In this document: piece after piece, positions 1 to 9,027 of the stretch
Position numbering within the stretch: the first letter of the stretch is position 1
Layout of the letters: each line of letters starts with the position of its first letter
Assembly: GCA_040753215.1 (NCBI GenBank)
Contig: JBFMEZ010000011.1
Span: 1 to 47,655, forward strand
Source of the DNA: Candidatus Micrarchaeota archaeon
GTDB taxonomy: Archaea > Micrarchaeota > Micrarchaeia > Anstonellales > Bilamarchaeaceae
DNA length: 47,655 nucleotides
Direction: 5' to 3'
The notes under the pieces: generated by a model
Databases searched by the model: none
What the model was told of the DNA's origin: nothing
The model's input: the letters and a program-made list of their open reading frames with translations, nothing else
Position numbers and translations under genes: made by a program

Positions 1-12
1 ATACGTATAAGC

Positions 13-3000
13 ATGACCGAACTCAAGTTCACGGACGAGCAGCTGCTGGATGCCATCAGAAGCTGTGACGGAGTTCCATCCCAGTCAAACATGGCCGCCC
101 TTTTCGGCGTGTACAGCACTACGGTGATGATGCGCATCCGCAGGAACCCCGCTCTTGAAAAGGCCATGGAAGCAAGGGGGAGGGAATACCTCGCCGGCAT
201 GGATGACGAGCAGCTCATACGCCAGGTTTCCGTGCCCGGCTGGATTACCGGACTGCCGGATTATGCCGCAGAAATTGTGGATTCCCGGCTGGACGCAAGG
301 ATTCTGGCCTCATTTGAGGATTATGGCGATGTCCCCACCGCATACGGCATCGCGAGAAAATCCGGCCTTTCCCTCGGCTCGGTCAACAGGCGGCTCAGGG
401 AGAATCCCGTTATACGGGCCAGGATGGAGGCGACAGGAAAAGCTTACCTGGAAGGCATTTCCGAGACGGAGCTTCTTTCCAAGATAACCACGAGCAACAA
501 GACGGGCTGGTCGCACGGCCTTCCGGAGTATGCCCGCGAACTGATTGACAAAAGGCAGGACGACGCCATTCTCTCCAGGATACGTGCGAGCGAGGATTTG
601 CCGAATGCCGCCAACATCTCCGCCGCCCTTGGAGTCGGCATCCATGTCGTCATGGACCGCATGGAGGAGAACAGCGCCATCGAGAAAGAATTGGAGAAAA
701 AGTGCCTTGCCCTGATAGAATCATTTTCCAACCCCCAGATTGTACGGGTCGTAATTTTCCACGGATACTCCCACGCACCGGAATCCGTGAAGCAGGCCAT
801 TTATGCGCGCGTGGATGCAATTCTCAAGGATGCCATAACCGGCTATGCAGGAACGCCCACGCTTGTTGGGCTGGCCAAGGCAACCGGCTTGAGCACCCGC
901 ACGATAAGCGTTCGCATTGAGGAGAATGCCGAGCTCATGGAAGCAGTTGCGGCGCGAAGCATGTTCTTCACTCAACGAGTTGCTTCTCCAGGCGAGAGGC
1001 ATGACCGGAGCTATGAGGAGCTGGCAAGAATCGCAATTGAAAGCGCAGAGGCATATGACGGCATCCCTTCCATGACCTGGCTCACTGCCACCCTCGGCGT
1101 TTCTTACTACACCGTCCAGGAGCTTTTCAGGCGCCAGCCCCAGCTTGCCGAAGCCCTGGAGAAGCGCGTCAAGGGCAGCATCGCATCGCTTGACGATGTG
1201 CAGTTGTGCGCGAGATTCTCGGAATCTGGGTGGGCATCCAACCTCCCGGATTACGTAAAAGGGGAGGTTTACGCAAGGGTTGATTCCGTGATACTCCGCG
1301 CAATAAAAGAATACAAGGGCATGCCTTACTACGGCGCCCTCTCGCAGCATTCCGGAATCAGCCGCGGAACGCTTGGGCGGAGGCTGGAACAGAACCCCGA
1401 GCTTGCCCGCGCACTTGCAGCAAGGAAATTTGAATACGTGAAAAGCCTGGATGATGCGGCAATCACTGCGCTTCTTGCGCAGAAATCTTCCGGAAAGCAT
1501 CTTCCGCGGGATTGCAAAGACCACGCCTACAGGAGGCTGGACGAAATCATATTGCGCGCAATTAGGGAATACGAAGGCGCGCCAACGAGAAATGGGCTTT
1601 CCGATGCGGTAGGCATAAGCCCCAATCCGATAAAAAAGAGGATACGGGCGAACCCCGATATCCAGAAAGCGATGGATGAAAAAGGCGACGAATACATGCG
1701 CACCCTTGACATCAGCGTCGTATTGGACAAGATGGGGGACAAGGGCTGGATGATAAGCCATCCCGAGCGCGTCAGGCGGGCAATCCACGCAAGGGTTGAT
1801 GCGGCCATCCTGGATTGCATAAAAGATTTTGACGGCGCCCCGACTCTCACCAAGGTAGGCGAAGGGGCCGGCATCGCCCTCGCGACCGTGACCAGGCGCT
1901 CCGAAGCGAATCCAGCAATCCTGAAGGCGATTTGCGATAGGGGCATCTCATACATCAAGGGCCTCGACGACCGCCAGCTGTTAGCGAAAATATCCGAAGG
2001 CGGCTGGCTTACCAACCTTCTCCCCGAACAGAAGGAATTGGTATACCAGAAGCTCGATTGCATACTTCTGGATGCCATTAAGACCTGCGGCGATTTCCCG
2101 ATACCCGCACTATTGGCAAGGTCAACCGGGCTCTCCGACGCCACGGTAGGGCGGAGGTTTGATGCAAATCCCGCCATCGCGGAAGCGGCGGAAAAGAAAG
2201 GCCGCGAGATAATCAATGGCATGAGCGATTCGTTCGTGCTCCAGAACTATCCGCAAACTGGATGGCTTTCAAGCTTCCCTAAATATGCGCAGGAGCTTGT
2301 TTATGCCAAGATAGACAAAATAATCATGCGCGCCATAAACGAATACTCTGGGATTCCATCCACAAATGATCTGGCCGCCCCCTCCGGCGTGAGCATCATT
2401 TCGATAAGGAATAGGCTTGCCGAGAATCCCGATTTGTGGGTGGCTTACTATGTTAAGCGCGGCCTCACCGCGGACCAGGCGGTGGAGCTCGCCCTTGAGC
2501 GCAACGAGCATAGTTATGCCCTGGCCCGCGTCCTTATGGGCAGGCTCAGGAACCTTTACGCATTCAGGGAAATGGCGGGCATAATAAGGTGCTTCGGCCA
2601 CCTCCTTAACGGCAAAACCCTTGAGGTCAGCCTCTACCCAGAACCTATGAAGAAGGCTGCCGAGGAGCTAGGCGTTTCAATGGATGTTACACACCAGGAC
2701 ATGCGGGCATTCCGCATGGGCGAAGCCCCGCCTCTTGAAGCCGCGCAGGCGGCAGTTCTCCAAGGGATACACCGCCTTGATTCAAACGGGCTTACGAGGC
2801 TTTTTGCAGCCCTCCATCCGGCCCTTGCCGAAGGCGCGCAGGTTGTGGCGACATACTCCGTCAATTACAAGCCTAGCGAGGATTTCATACTCGCCCTTCA
2901 GCAGAACGGCTTCGAAGTGAAGGATAGCGGCATCCTGCTTATCGAGCCTCCAACAAAAGAAGCCCTCCTCGCATGCGGGGCTCCGGAACCCGGCATAGGC

Positions 3001-3456
3001 CGCATAACGCGGAAGATGGAGGGCGAATCCAAGCTGCTTTTCATCACCGCGGTACAGAAAACGGCGGGTTCCCCAATTCCGCAGCTGGAAAAGCTTCCCG
3101 AAGCCGAAACCGCGGCAAGAGTTGTCCCGAACGGGGAAGCGATAGACATACCCGAAGGTGCTATAAGGGAGATAAACGCGCGGTTCCTGTTTGAGGAGAT
3201 TGCACTCCTCCCCTCCGCCCCTTTTATGGTTGATGTCAGGGATGGCGAGAAAAAGGCGGCCGTCCTCGGGTTCGACATGGACCCCGCGAGGCCGAAGAGA
3301 GTGGAGTTTGGGGTTTATCCAGGTGCACCACAAGAGGATTTCAGGAGAATCGCAAGGCAGCTCGCAACGAGAATAGAATCTAGGAATGCGCTGGGCATAA
3401 AGCCGGGCCAGGAAACACGGGTGCAGATGGGCCAGCTCAGGAAGCTAATGGCCTAA
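13..3456 (+). CDS. Large protein with 10 tandem ~86-aa HTH-like repeats and a C-terminal degenerate class I methyltransferase-like domain
   Basis: 1147-aa ORF. Conserved Pro at aa 22,108,197,282,352,438,524,610,696,782 within a D-x-x-I-L-x-A-I-x-x-Y-x-G-x-P-(S/T)-x-x-x-L-A-x-x-x-G-(L/I/V)-S-x-x-T-V-x-x-R-x-x-x-N-P pattern. The C-terminal region has LHPALAEGAQVVAT and LQQNGFEV segments. Confidence 0.85.
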   Translation: MTELKFTDEQLLDAIRSCDGVPSQSNMAALFGVYSTTVMMRIRRNPALEKAMEARGREYLAGMDDEQLIRQVSVPGWITGLPDYAAEIVDSRLDARILASFEDYGDVPTAYGIARKSGLSLGSVNRRLRENPVIRARMEATGKAYLEGISETELLSKITTSNKTGWSHGLPEYARELIDKRQDDAILSRIRASEDLPNAANISAALGVGIHVVMDRMEENSAIEKELEKKCLALIESFSNPQIVRVVIFHGYSHAPESVKQAIYARVDAILKDAITGYAGTPTLVGLAKATGLSTRTISVRIEENAELMEAVAARSMFFTQRVASPGERHDRSYEELARIAIESAEAYDGIPSMTWLTATLGVSYYTVQELFRRQPQLAEALEKRVKGSIASLDDVQLCARFSESGWASNLPDYVKGEVYARVDSVILRAIKEYKGMPYYGALSQHSGISRGTLGRRLEQNPELARALAARKFEYVKSLDDAAITALLAQKSSGKHLPRDCKDHAYRRLDEIILRAIREYEGAPTRNGLSDAVGISPNPIKKRIRANPDIQKAMDEKGDEYMRTLDISVVLDKMGDKGWMISHPERVRRAIHARVDAAILDCIKDFDGAPTLTKVGEGAGIALATVTRRSEANPAILKAICDRGISYIKGLDDRQLLAKISEGGWLTNLLPEQKELVYQKLDCILLDAIKTCGDFPIPALLARSTGLSDATVGRRFDANPAIAEAAEKKGREIINGMSDSFVLQNYPQTGWLSSFPKYAQELVYAKIDKIIMRAINEYSGIPSTNDLAAPSGVSIISIRNRLAENPDLWVAYYVKRGLTADQAVELALERNEHSYALARVLMGRLRNLYAFREMAGIIRCFGHLLNGKTLEVSLYPEPMKKAAEELGVSMDVTHQDMRAFRMGEAPPLEAAQAAVLQGIHRLDSNGLTRLFAALHPALAEGAQVVATYSVNYKPSEDFILALQQNGFEVKDSGILLIEPPTKEALLACGAPEPGIGRITRKMEGESKLLFITAVQKTAGSPIPQLEKLPEAETAARVVPNGEAIDIPEGAIREINARFLFEEIALLPSAPFMVDVRDGEKKAAVLGFDMDPARPKRVEFGVYPGAPQEDFRRIARQLATRIESRNALGIKPGQETRVQMGQLRKLMA
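34..2442 (+). repeat. Coding tandem repeat array, 10 units, mostly 86 aa (258 nt) period
   Basis: Spacing of the conserved Pro is 86,89,85,70,86,86,86,86,86 aa, with recurring GW..LP.Y and NP motifs. Confidence 0.9.
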
Positions 3457-3523
3457 TGGAGGCGAGCGAATTATTTTTCCTCCAGCGCAAGCGCTATCAG
3501 ATTAAAATAAAACAGAAAAGAAA

Positions 3524-4903
3524 CTAACTCATTCTCGGGACGATGCTTGCCCTGTGCAGCCTCTCTGGAAGCCTGTTCAAAGGAGATTTCGGGTGCAGTT
3601 TCCGGAAGAACGCCTCCTTCCCATACTTCAGCGCGTCCCTCAGCATGTCATCTACGGGCGGAGTCGAGGTCCCGCGGGAGGAAGTCTGGGTGTTTATCCT
3701 GTGCACATTCACCCCGAACTCCTTCAACATGAGGCTGACCATCGGGTCCCTCCTCACCTTCACTTCCATCGCATTCAGCTCCCCCTCGCCTTCGGCCAAA
3801 AGGTAGACATCCCTTATCCCGAGGTGCTTCAACGCGTAGAAGATGCTCAGGACCCTGTACGGCCCGAACGGATAGGTCGGCCCCGTGATGTCGTACCCGC
3901 TAAGGGCAAATACGCTTCCCGGGGTCGCGGCCGGGGCGGAGTCCCCGTTCATGAACCCTAGCAGCGTGTTGCGTGGATGGTCCACATTGGGCGAACAGAG
4001 CAGGAGCGCTACCGGCTTCTGCGCCTCCACACGCCTTGCCTTCTCAGGGTGGCTGTTCGGCAGCCCCCCCAGTATCATCGCGTTCATTCTCGCGATGTCA
4101 TCCATAATGGTATGCACTTCCGCATTCCTGTCTATCCTTATTACCTGGCCGGTCCTGTAGTTGGTTATGCCCGCGTTAACCGTCCAGTCCACGTCCCTGA
4201 GCTGGAAGCTGTTTGCGAGCGCGTTCGCGATTTTCCTTGCCTGCTTGGTCACGTGCATCTCGTGGTCATGAATCGGCTTGATGAAATCCTCCGGGCTGTC
4301 GCCCTCGAACCCATACGCCTGCTGGAGGAATTCCAGCATGCTCTCGTTGTCCTCCACAGTGATGAGCGAGCAGTCCCTTCTCACCTCAACCCTGCCCCTC
4401 ATGAATTCCATCAGTTCCCTGAACACGTCAGCCGCATGGCCCATGCCGCAGTTTATCGGGGAATGCTTCTCAAAAATAACATCGGATGCGCGATATACGA
4501 CCGCTTCCGGGTCCGCGCCCTCCCCGAGCCTGGCGTCCGCGTGCGTGTTCACCTGGATTATGAAATGCATCGGAGTCCATTCCTTAGGGTTCCCATCCGG
4601 ATCCCTAAGTTGGGGCTTCCCTTCCTGGTCCTTGAATGGCCACCATCCCTCCTCCATCCCGAGGGTTATCTTCCTGTGCATGCCCCTCTTGATGCCGTCG
4701 ACAACATCCGCGGTGGCAAAAACTCCTGCGCCAATAATTGATTTCCTTATGATTTCTATCCCCAGGAGCCGATACCACCTCACCATCGCCCTTGCGACCA
4801 TTCTTTCCACGGAGCCGCGGTCGCGCGAGTCCGCGCACCTGTACTCAAAAATAGCCTGCACCCTTTCCGTCCTGTTCTCGACAGCATCATCTGAACCTTC
4901 CAT
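3524..4903 (-). CDS. Divergent two-domain beta-carbonic-anhydrase-fold protein
   Basis: N-domain has YRCADSRD (CxDxR), AG motif and NTH...NCG. C-domain has QKPVALLLCS...PGSVFAL...SIFYALKHLGIRDVYLL, resembling the beta-CA QxP..C..PGELF..SLEYAV.HLGV pattern without the metal ligands. Confidence 0.6.
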   Translation of the reverse strand: MEGSDDAVENRTERVQAIFEYRCADSRDRGSVERMVARAMVRWYRLLGIEIIRKSIIGAGVFATADVVDGIKRGMHRKITLGMEEGWWPFKDQEGKPQLRDPDGNPKEWTPMHFIIQVNTHADARLGEGADPEAVVYRASDVIFEKHSPINCGMGHAADVFRELMEFMRGRVEVRRDCSLITVEDNESMLEFLQQAYGFEGDSPEDFIKPIHDHEMHVTKQARKIANALANSFQLRDVDWTVNAGITNYRTGQVIRIDRNAEVHTIMDDIARMNAMILGGLPNSHPEKARRVEAQKPVALLLCSPNVDHPRNTLLGFMNGDSAPAATPGSVFALSGYDITGPTYPFGPYRVLSIFYALKHLGIRDVYLLAEGEGELNAMEVKVRRDPMVSLMLKEFGVNVHRINTQTSSRGTSTPPVDDMLRDALKYGKEAFFRKLHPKSPLNRLPERLHRASIVPRMS

Positions 4904-4967
4904 ATTCTCACCGGCTGGAATCTTACAATCTAATCTAATGGAAAAAGGGTTTAAAAACCCACAATAC

Positions 4968-6803
4968 TTATCCCTTCACGACACCGAGGGGCTTCAATCT
5001 CGCCACAATCCCGCTCAATCCCGCCTCCTCCACGCTCTGCACAACCTCATCCACGTTCTTGTACGCATCCGCAGCCTCCTCCGCGAGCGTCTTCCTGTCC
5101 ATCGCGTGCACATAAATCCCCTTGCCCCACAAATCCTTCGCGATGTCCTGGCCGCGGTGCTTGTCTATCGCCGAATGCCTGCTCATCGTCCTCCCGCTCC
5201 CGTGGCATGTGCTTCCCCACGACAATTCAAGCGACCTTTCCTTCCCCACGAGCACATAAGAAGCCGTTCCCATGCTTCCCGGGATTATGACCGGCTGCCC
5301 CACATTCCTATAGAGCGGAGGCAATTCCTCCCTCCCCTTTGGAAATGCGCGCGTCGCACCCTTCCTGTGCACAAGCAGTTTCCTCTTCCTCCCATCCACC
5401 GAGTGCATCTCTTCTTTAGCTATATTATGCGCCACATCGTACACAAGGTCCATCTTCTCCCCGGTCCCCGCCCCGAAAACAGAATCAAAGCTCTCCCTTG
5501 CCCAGTGCATAATTACGTGGCGATTAGTAAACGCATAATTCACAGCGCACTTCATCGCTTTAAGATAGTTCTGCGCTTCCCTTTCGCGAAGGGGCGCATA
5601 AACCAATTCCCTGTCCGGCATCGGAAGGTTCAATCTCTTCGCTACCCCCATCATCGTCTCAAGGTAGTCGCTGCAAATCTGGTGCCCGAACCCGCGCGAG
5701 CCGCAGTGAATCATCACCGTGACCATCCCTTCATGCAGCCCAAAGGATTTCGCAGATTTCTCATCAAATATCTTCTCCACGACCTGCACTTCCAGGAAAT
5801 GGTTCCCCGCGCCCAGGGTCCCAATCTGCGGCTTTCCCCTCTTCTTGGCTGTTGGGGAAACAACGGACGCATCCGCCCCACTCATCCTCCCGTACTCCTC
5901 CGTGCGCTCCTTATCCTGCTTCCTCCCATACCCCCGCTCAATCGCCCAGTCTATCCCCTGCACAGAAACATCATCCAGTTCCTGCGGCGTAACCTTTAGC
6001 TTCCCCTCGCTCCCGACCCCGGAGGGAACATTCACAAAAAGCTTATCGCAAATCTCCCTTATTTTCGGCTTCGCATCTTTCTCTTCAAGTGGAGTAGTAA
6101 GTAGTCGAACGCCGCAGTTTGAGACAACAAAGCCGTTTGCTATGAAATTATGGGTCCGCGGAATTGTAAAATCATAAACAAAATCGTCATAGTGAATTTC
6201 TTTGATTTCTTCGATTCGATCCTGATAAAATTCATTTTCGTACATAATTGCTGTTTGTCCTGCCCTCAAGTCTTTCAGAAGAACCATTCCTTCTTGAGTA
6301 AGAAATGGATGGTCTTCAGTTGCCTTAACCCTGCTTCCAGCTTCCGTGACTACCTCCATTACTTTGTTTCTTGGTTTGAAGCTCATGAAAAATGAGGGCG
6401 TGGCGATCTTTAGGCTCATCCCATCTTTTGTCATAACGTCGTATTTCTCTCTTGTAAAATCCGAGATAAATCTGTAGCCGTCTTCTGTGAGTATTTTTGT
6501 ATCTCCGTGGAGGCAATTTATGTCATAACCGATACCCCCCGGAGAAACAATCCCATCCGGCGCATCAAATGCAGCCACCCCTCCAATAGGGAACCCGTAC
6601 CCCTCGTGCCCGTCCGGCATCAGCATAGCGGATTTTATTATCCCATCCAATTGCGCAACATTCCCCAATTGCCAAAGGGTTCGGTCCTTCTTCATCCCTT
6701 CGAGCATGGGCGGAGTTGCAAATATCCATCCGGGGACCTTCATCTCCCCTTCCTTCTCCATCTCGAATATCGCCTTCTCTTTCTGTGAAATTCTCATAAT
6801 CAT
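4968..6803 (-). CDS. rtcB: RNA-splicing ligase RtcB, intein-containing
   Basis: MPDGHEGYGFPIGGV, GYDIN/CGVRL, GTLGAGNHFLE, HCGSRGFGHQ, HRKGAT, PGSMG, STCHGSGR, LGVVKG. Confidence 0.97.
   Translation of the reverse strand: MIMRISQKEKAIFEMEKEGEMKVPGWIFATPPMLEGMKKDRTLWQLGNVAQLDGIIKSAMLMPDGHEGYGFPIGGVAAFDAPDGIVSPGGIGYDINCLHGDTKILTEDGYRFISDFTREKYDVMTKDGMSLKIATPSFFMSFKPRNKVMEVVTEAGSRVKATEDHPFLTQEGMVLLKDLRAGQTAIMYENEFYQDRIEEIKEIHYDDFVYDFTIPRTHNFIANGFVVSNCGVRLLTTPLEEKDAKPKIREICDKLFVNVPSGVGSEGKLKVTPQELDDVSVQGIDWAIERGYGRKQDKERTEEYGRMSGADASVVSPTAKKRGKPQIGTLGAGNHFLEVQVVEKIFDEKSAKSFGLHEGMVTVMIHCGSRGFGHQICSDYLETMMGVAKRLNLPMPDRELVYAPLREREAQNYLKAMKCAVNYAFTNRHVIMHWARESFDSVFGAGTGEKMDLVYDVAHNIAKEEMHSVDGRKRKLLVHRKGATRAFPKGREELPPLYRNVGQPVIIPGSMGTASYVLVGKERSLELSWGSTCHGSGRTMSRHSAIDKHRGQDIAKDLWGKGIYVHAMDRKTLAEEAADAYKNVDEVVQSVEEAGLSGIVARLKPLGVVKG
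6117..6515 (-). mobile_element. Mini-intein (Hint domain only, 133 aa) in rtcB
   Basis: Starts CLHGDTKILTEDG, has block B ATEDHPFLT and block F VYDFTIPRTHNFIANGFVVSN, followed by extein Cys. No endonuclease motifs. Visibly AT-richer than the host gene. Confidence 0.95.
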
Positions 6804-6836
6804 CCGCCTATTCCTCTAATGCAAGATTAAAATTGG

Positions 6837-7391
6837 TTATGGCTGATGCGCCCATGCAATCTGCTTCAGTGCGCTGTCCGCAAACCTCCTCACCTCAGGG
6901 TCGCAGTCGCCCTCCGCAACCCTTTTCAACGCACCTTCCGCGGAAGCGTCCCCCATGGCTCCGAGGCCCATCGCGGCATACTTCCGAATCAGGTGGTTCC
7001 TGTCCCCCAGCGCAGCCAGCAGCATGGAGCACGCCTCAGTGGCGCCTATCCCCGCAAGCGCCGCCGCAGAATTCGCCTTCTGCATCTCGTCCCCGTTCAT
7101 CAGCATGTCGTAGAGAGGATGGAGGGCTTCCCTGCAGTCCCCGCCTCCTTCGGCGACCTTTCCAATCAAATACGCAGCTTTCGCGCTTTTCGCATCCATG
7201 CCCCTCACGGATTCTAGCAGGTATGGGAGCGGGGGGAATTTCAATCTTGCGAGCTCTGGCGCAGCCACCTTCTCAGGCAGGTCAAGCAGGCCGTCTATCT
7301 TCCGCCTCCTGCGGTTCGCCCTCCACCCCTTCAATCTCCGTTTGAGCCAGCCTTCAGGCGGCGCATGGATTTTCCTTCCCTCATCCCCCAT
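6837..7391 (-). CDS. HEAT/PBS-lyase repeat protein
   Basis: Repeats such as LLAALGDRNHLIRKYAAMGLGAMG and DCDPEVRRFADSAL. TATA-like sequence at ~7417-7424. Confidence 0.8.
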   Translation of the reverse strand: MGDEGRKIHAPPEGWLKRRLKGWRANRRRRKIDGLLDLPEKVAAPELARLKFPPLPYLLESVRGMDAKSAKAAYLIGKVAEGGGDCREALHPLYDMLMNGDEMQKANSAAALAGIGATEACSMLLAALGDRNHLIRKYAAMGLGAMGDASAEGALKRVAEGDCDPEVRRFADSALKQIAWAHQP

Positions 7392-7455
7392 GCAATAGAA
7401 TGTGTAGGATTATGATTATAAATGTTCATCCTGTTTTTGCGCCCACCCGCCCATC

Positions 7456-7463
7456 TTTAAAAA
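7456..7463 (+). promoter_or_regulatory. Putative TATA box of lysS (leaderless)
   Basis: TTTAAAAA ends 22 nt before the lysS ATG. Confidence 0.55.
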
Positions 7464-7485
7464 TGCTATTCTGTAATCCTTCCCC

Positions 7486-9000
7486 ATGGATAAGAAGAAC
7501 CTCCACTGGAGCGAAATAATCGCAAACGAAGTCGCGGAGAAGACCTCCCCCCCATACGTGATAGCCAGCGGCATAACCACCTCCGGCCCGCTGCACCCGG
7601 GAACCCTCTGCGAATTCCTCTTCGCGGATGCAATCGCAAAGGAGTTGGGGAAGAGGGGAGAAACCCATTTTGTGTTCGTCGCGGACATAATGGATGCATT
7701 CGACTCCATCCCGGGGCCCTTCAAGAAATATGAGAAGCTGCTTACCCAGCACCTTGGGAAGCCCCTTGCGCACACCCCGGACCCGGAGGGCTGCCACCGC
7801 TCTTTCGGAGAGCACTTTCTCGCAGAGGCGGCGGATGCGATGCATGAATTCGGCGCAAACCCGGAAATTATTCCCGCAAATGAACTCTACGCAAAAGGCG
7901 CGTATGATGAGTATGCAAGGGAATATGCCGAGAGAAAGGACGAGATAAAGGAAATTGTGCGCGTTTCTTCGCTCCGCGAAACAATGCCCGATTCCTGGCA
8001 TCCCATAATGCCCATCTGCGAAAAATGCGGCAGGGTAGCCACCACCCGCGTCCTGGGTTATTCAAATGGAACTTATGAATATGCATGCGACCAGGATGTT
8101 GAATACACGAAGGGCTGCGGGCATAAGGGAAGGGCAAAAATCACGGACCACAAATACAAGTTGCTCTTCCGGCTAGACTGGCCTGCACGCCAGGATTTTC
8201 TTAATGTAAAAATAGAAGGGGGGAGCGTAGACCACCACACAAAAGGGGGAACGATAGCAACCGTTTACGCGGTCCATCGCCAGTTTTTCAAAAAGCCCGG
8301 CCCAGTGGTCTTTTACAAATTCGGCTTCCTCAAATACAAGGGGAAGAAATATTCCAAGAGCAAGGGAATCGGGCACACAGTTTCAGAATTGATGCAATTG
8401 CTTCCGCTGCCTGTATTAGAATACGCCCTTCTCCGCCCTGATTTGCAGGAGGACAAGGAGCTGGTACTGGAGGAGCAGACGCTCTTCACGCTGGTTTCGG
8501 ATTTTGAATATGCGGCTTCCATAGACCCGGAAAAGGAATTAGAAAGGGCGGACAGGAAAAAAGCAGTTGCCTATTCGCTCACGCAGGGGAAGGGATGGAA
8601 GGCGCCTTTGCAGGACATTCTGGTGACTTATGCATTATACAAAGATTGGAAGGATGTGGGGAAGCGCCTTAACGACCCGAAGGGCGTAACATATCTCGCC
8701 CCATACACGGAACAGTGGCTTTCCAGAAAATGGATTCCGGACAAATATGTATTTGAACTGAAAGAGGCGCCCCACGAGCATGGAAAGCTCGTAAAGCAAT
8801 TCGCCTCCTCCCTGAATGAAAAGATGGAAGAACAAGAAATCCAGAATCTTGTGTATGAAATTGCGAAGAAAAACAATGTCCAGCCGCCCGAGCTCTTCAA
8901 ATCCATCTACCTTGCATTAATCTCGAAGCCGCAGGGCCCGAAGCTCGCCCGCTTCGTGAAGATTCTTGGCATAAAAAGAGTGAAAGAACTGATAGGATAA
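7486..9000 (+). CDS. lysS: Lysyl-tRNA synthetase, class I
   Basis: HWSE start, ASGITTSGPLHPGT (HIGH-like), CEKC Zn motif, RLDWPARQ, KYSKSKG (KMSKS-like), QGPKLA. Confidence 0.95.
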   Translation: MDKKNLHWSEIIANEVAEKTSPPYVIASGITTSGPLHPGTLCEFLFADAIAKELGKRGETHFVFVADIMDAFDSIPGPFKKYEKLLTQHLGKPLAHTPDPEGCHRSFGEHFLAEAADAMHEFGANPEIIPANELYAKGAYDEYAREYAERKDEIKEIVRVSSLRETMPDSWHPIMPICEKCGRVATTRVLGYSNGTYEYACDQDVEYTKGCGHKGRAKITDHKYKLLFRLDWPARQDFLNVKIEGGSVDHHTKGGTIATVYAVHRQFFKKPGPVVFYKFGFLKYKGKKYSKSKGIGHTVSELMQLLPLPVLEYALLRPDLQEDKELVLEEQTLFTLVSDFEYAASIDPEKELERADRKKAVAYSLTQGKGWKAPLQDILVTYALYKDWKDVGKRLNDPKGVTYLAPYTEQWLSRKWIPDKYVFELKEAPHEHGKLVKQFASSLNEKMEEQEIQNLVYEIAKKNNVQPPELFKSIYLALISKPQGPKLARFVKILGIKRVKELIG

Positions 9001-9027
9001 CTAAGCGGATTCCAAATCCTTTTTCAC

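Noticed and set aside
4278..5999. Long antisense ORFs (573 aa here; also 43641-45203, 37624-38988, 9915-11117, 20926-22098)
   Set aside because: These are shadows of real genes on the opposite strand, expected from this codon bias, and show no motifs.
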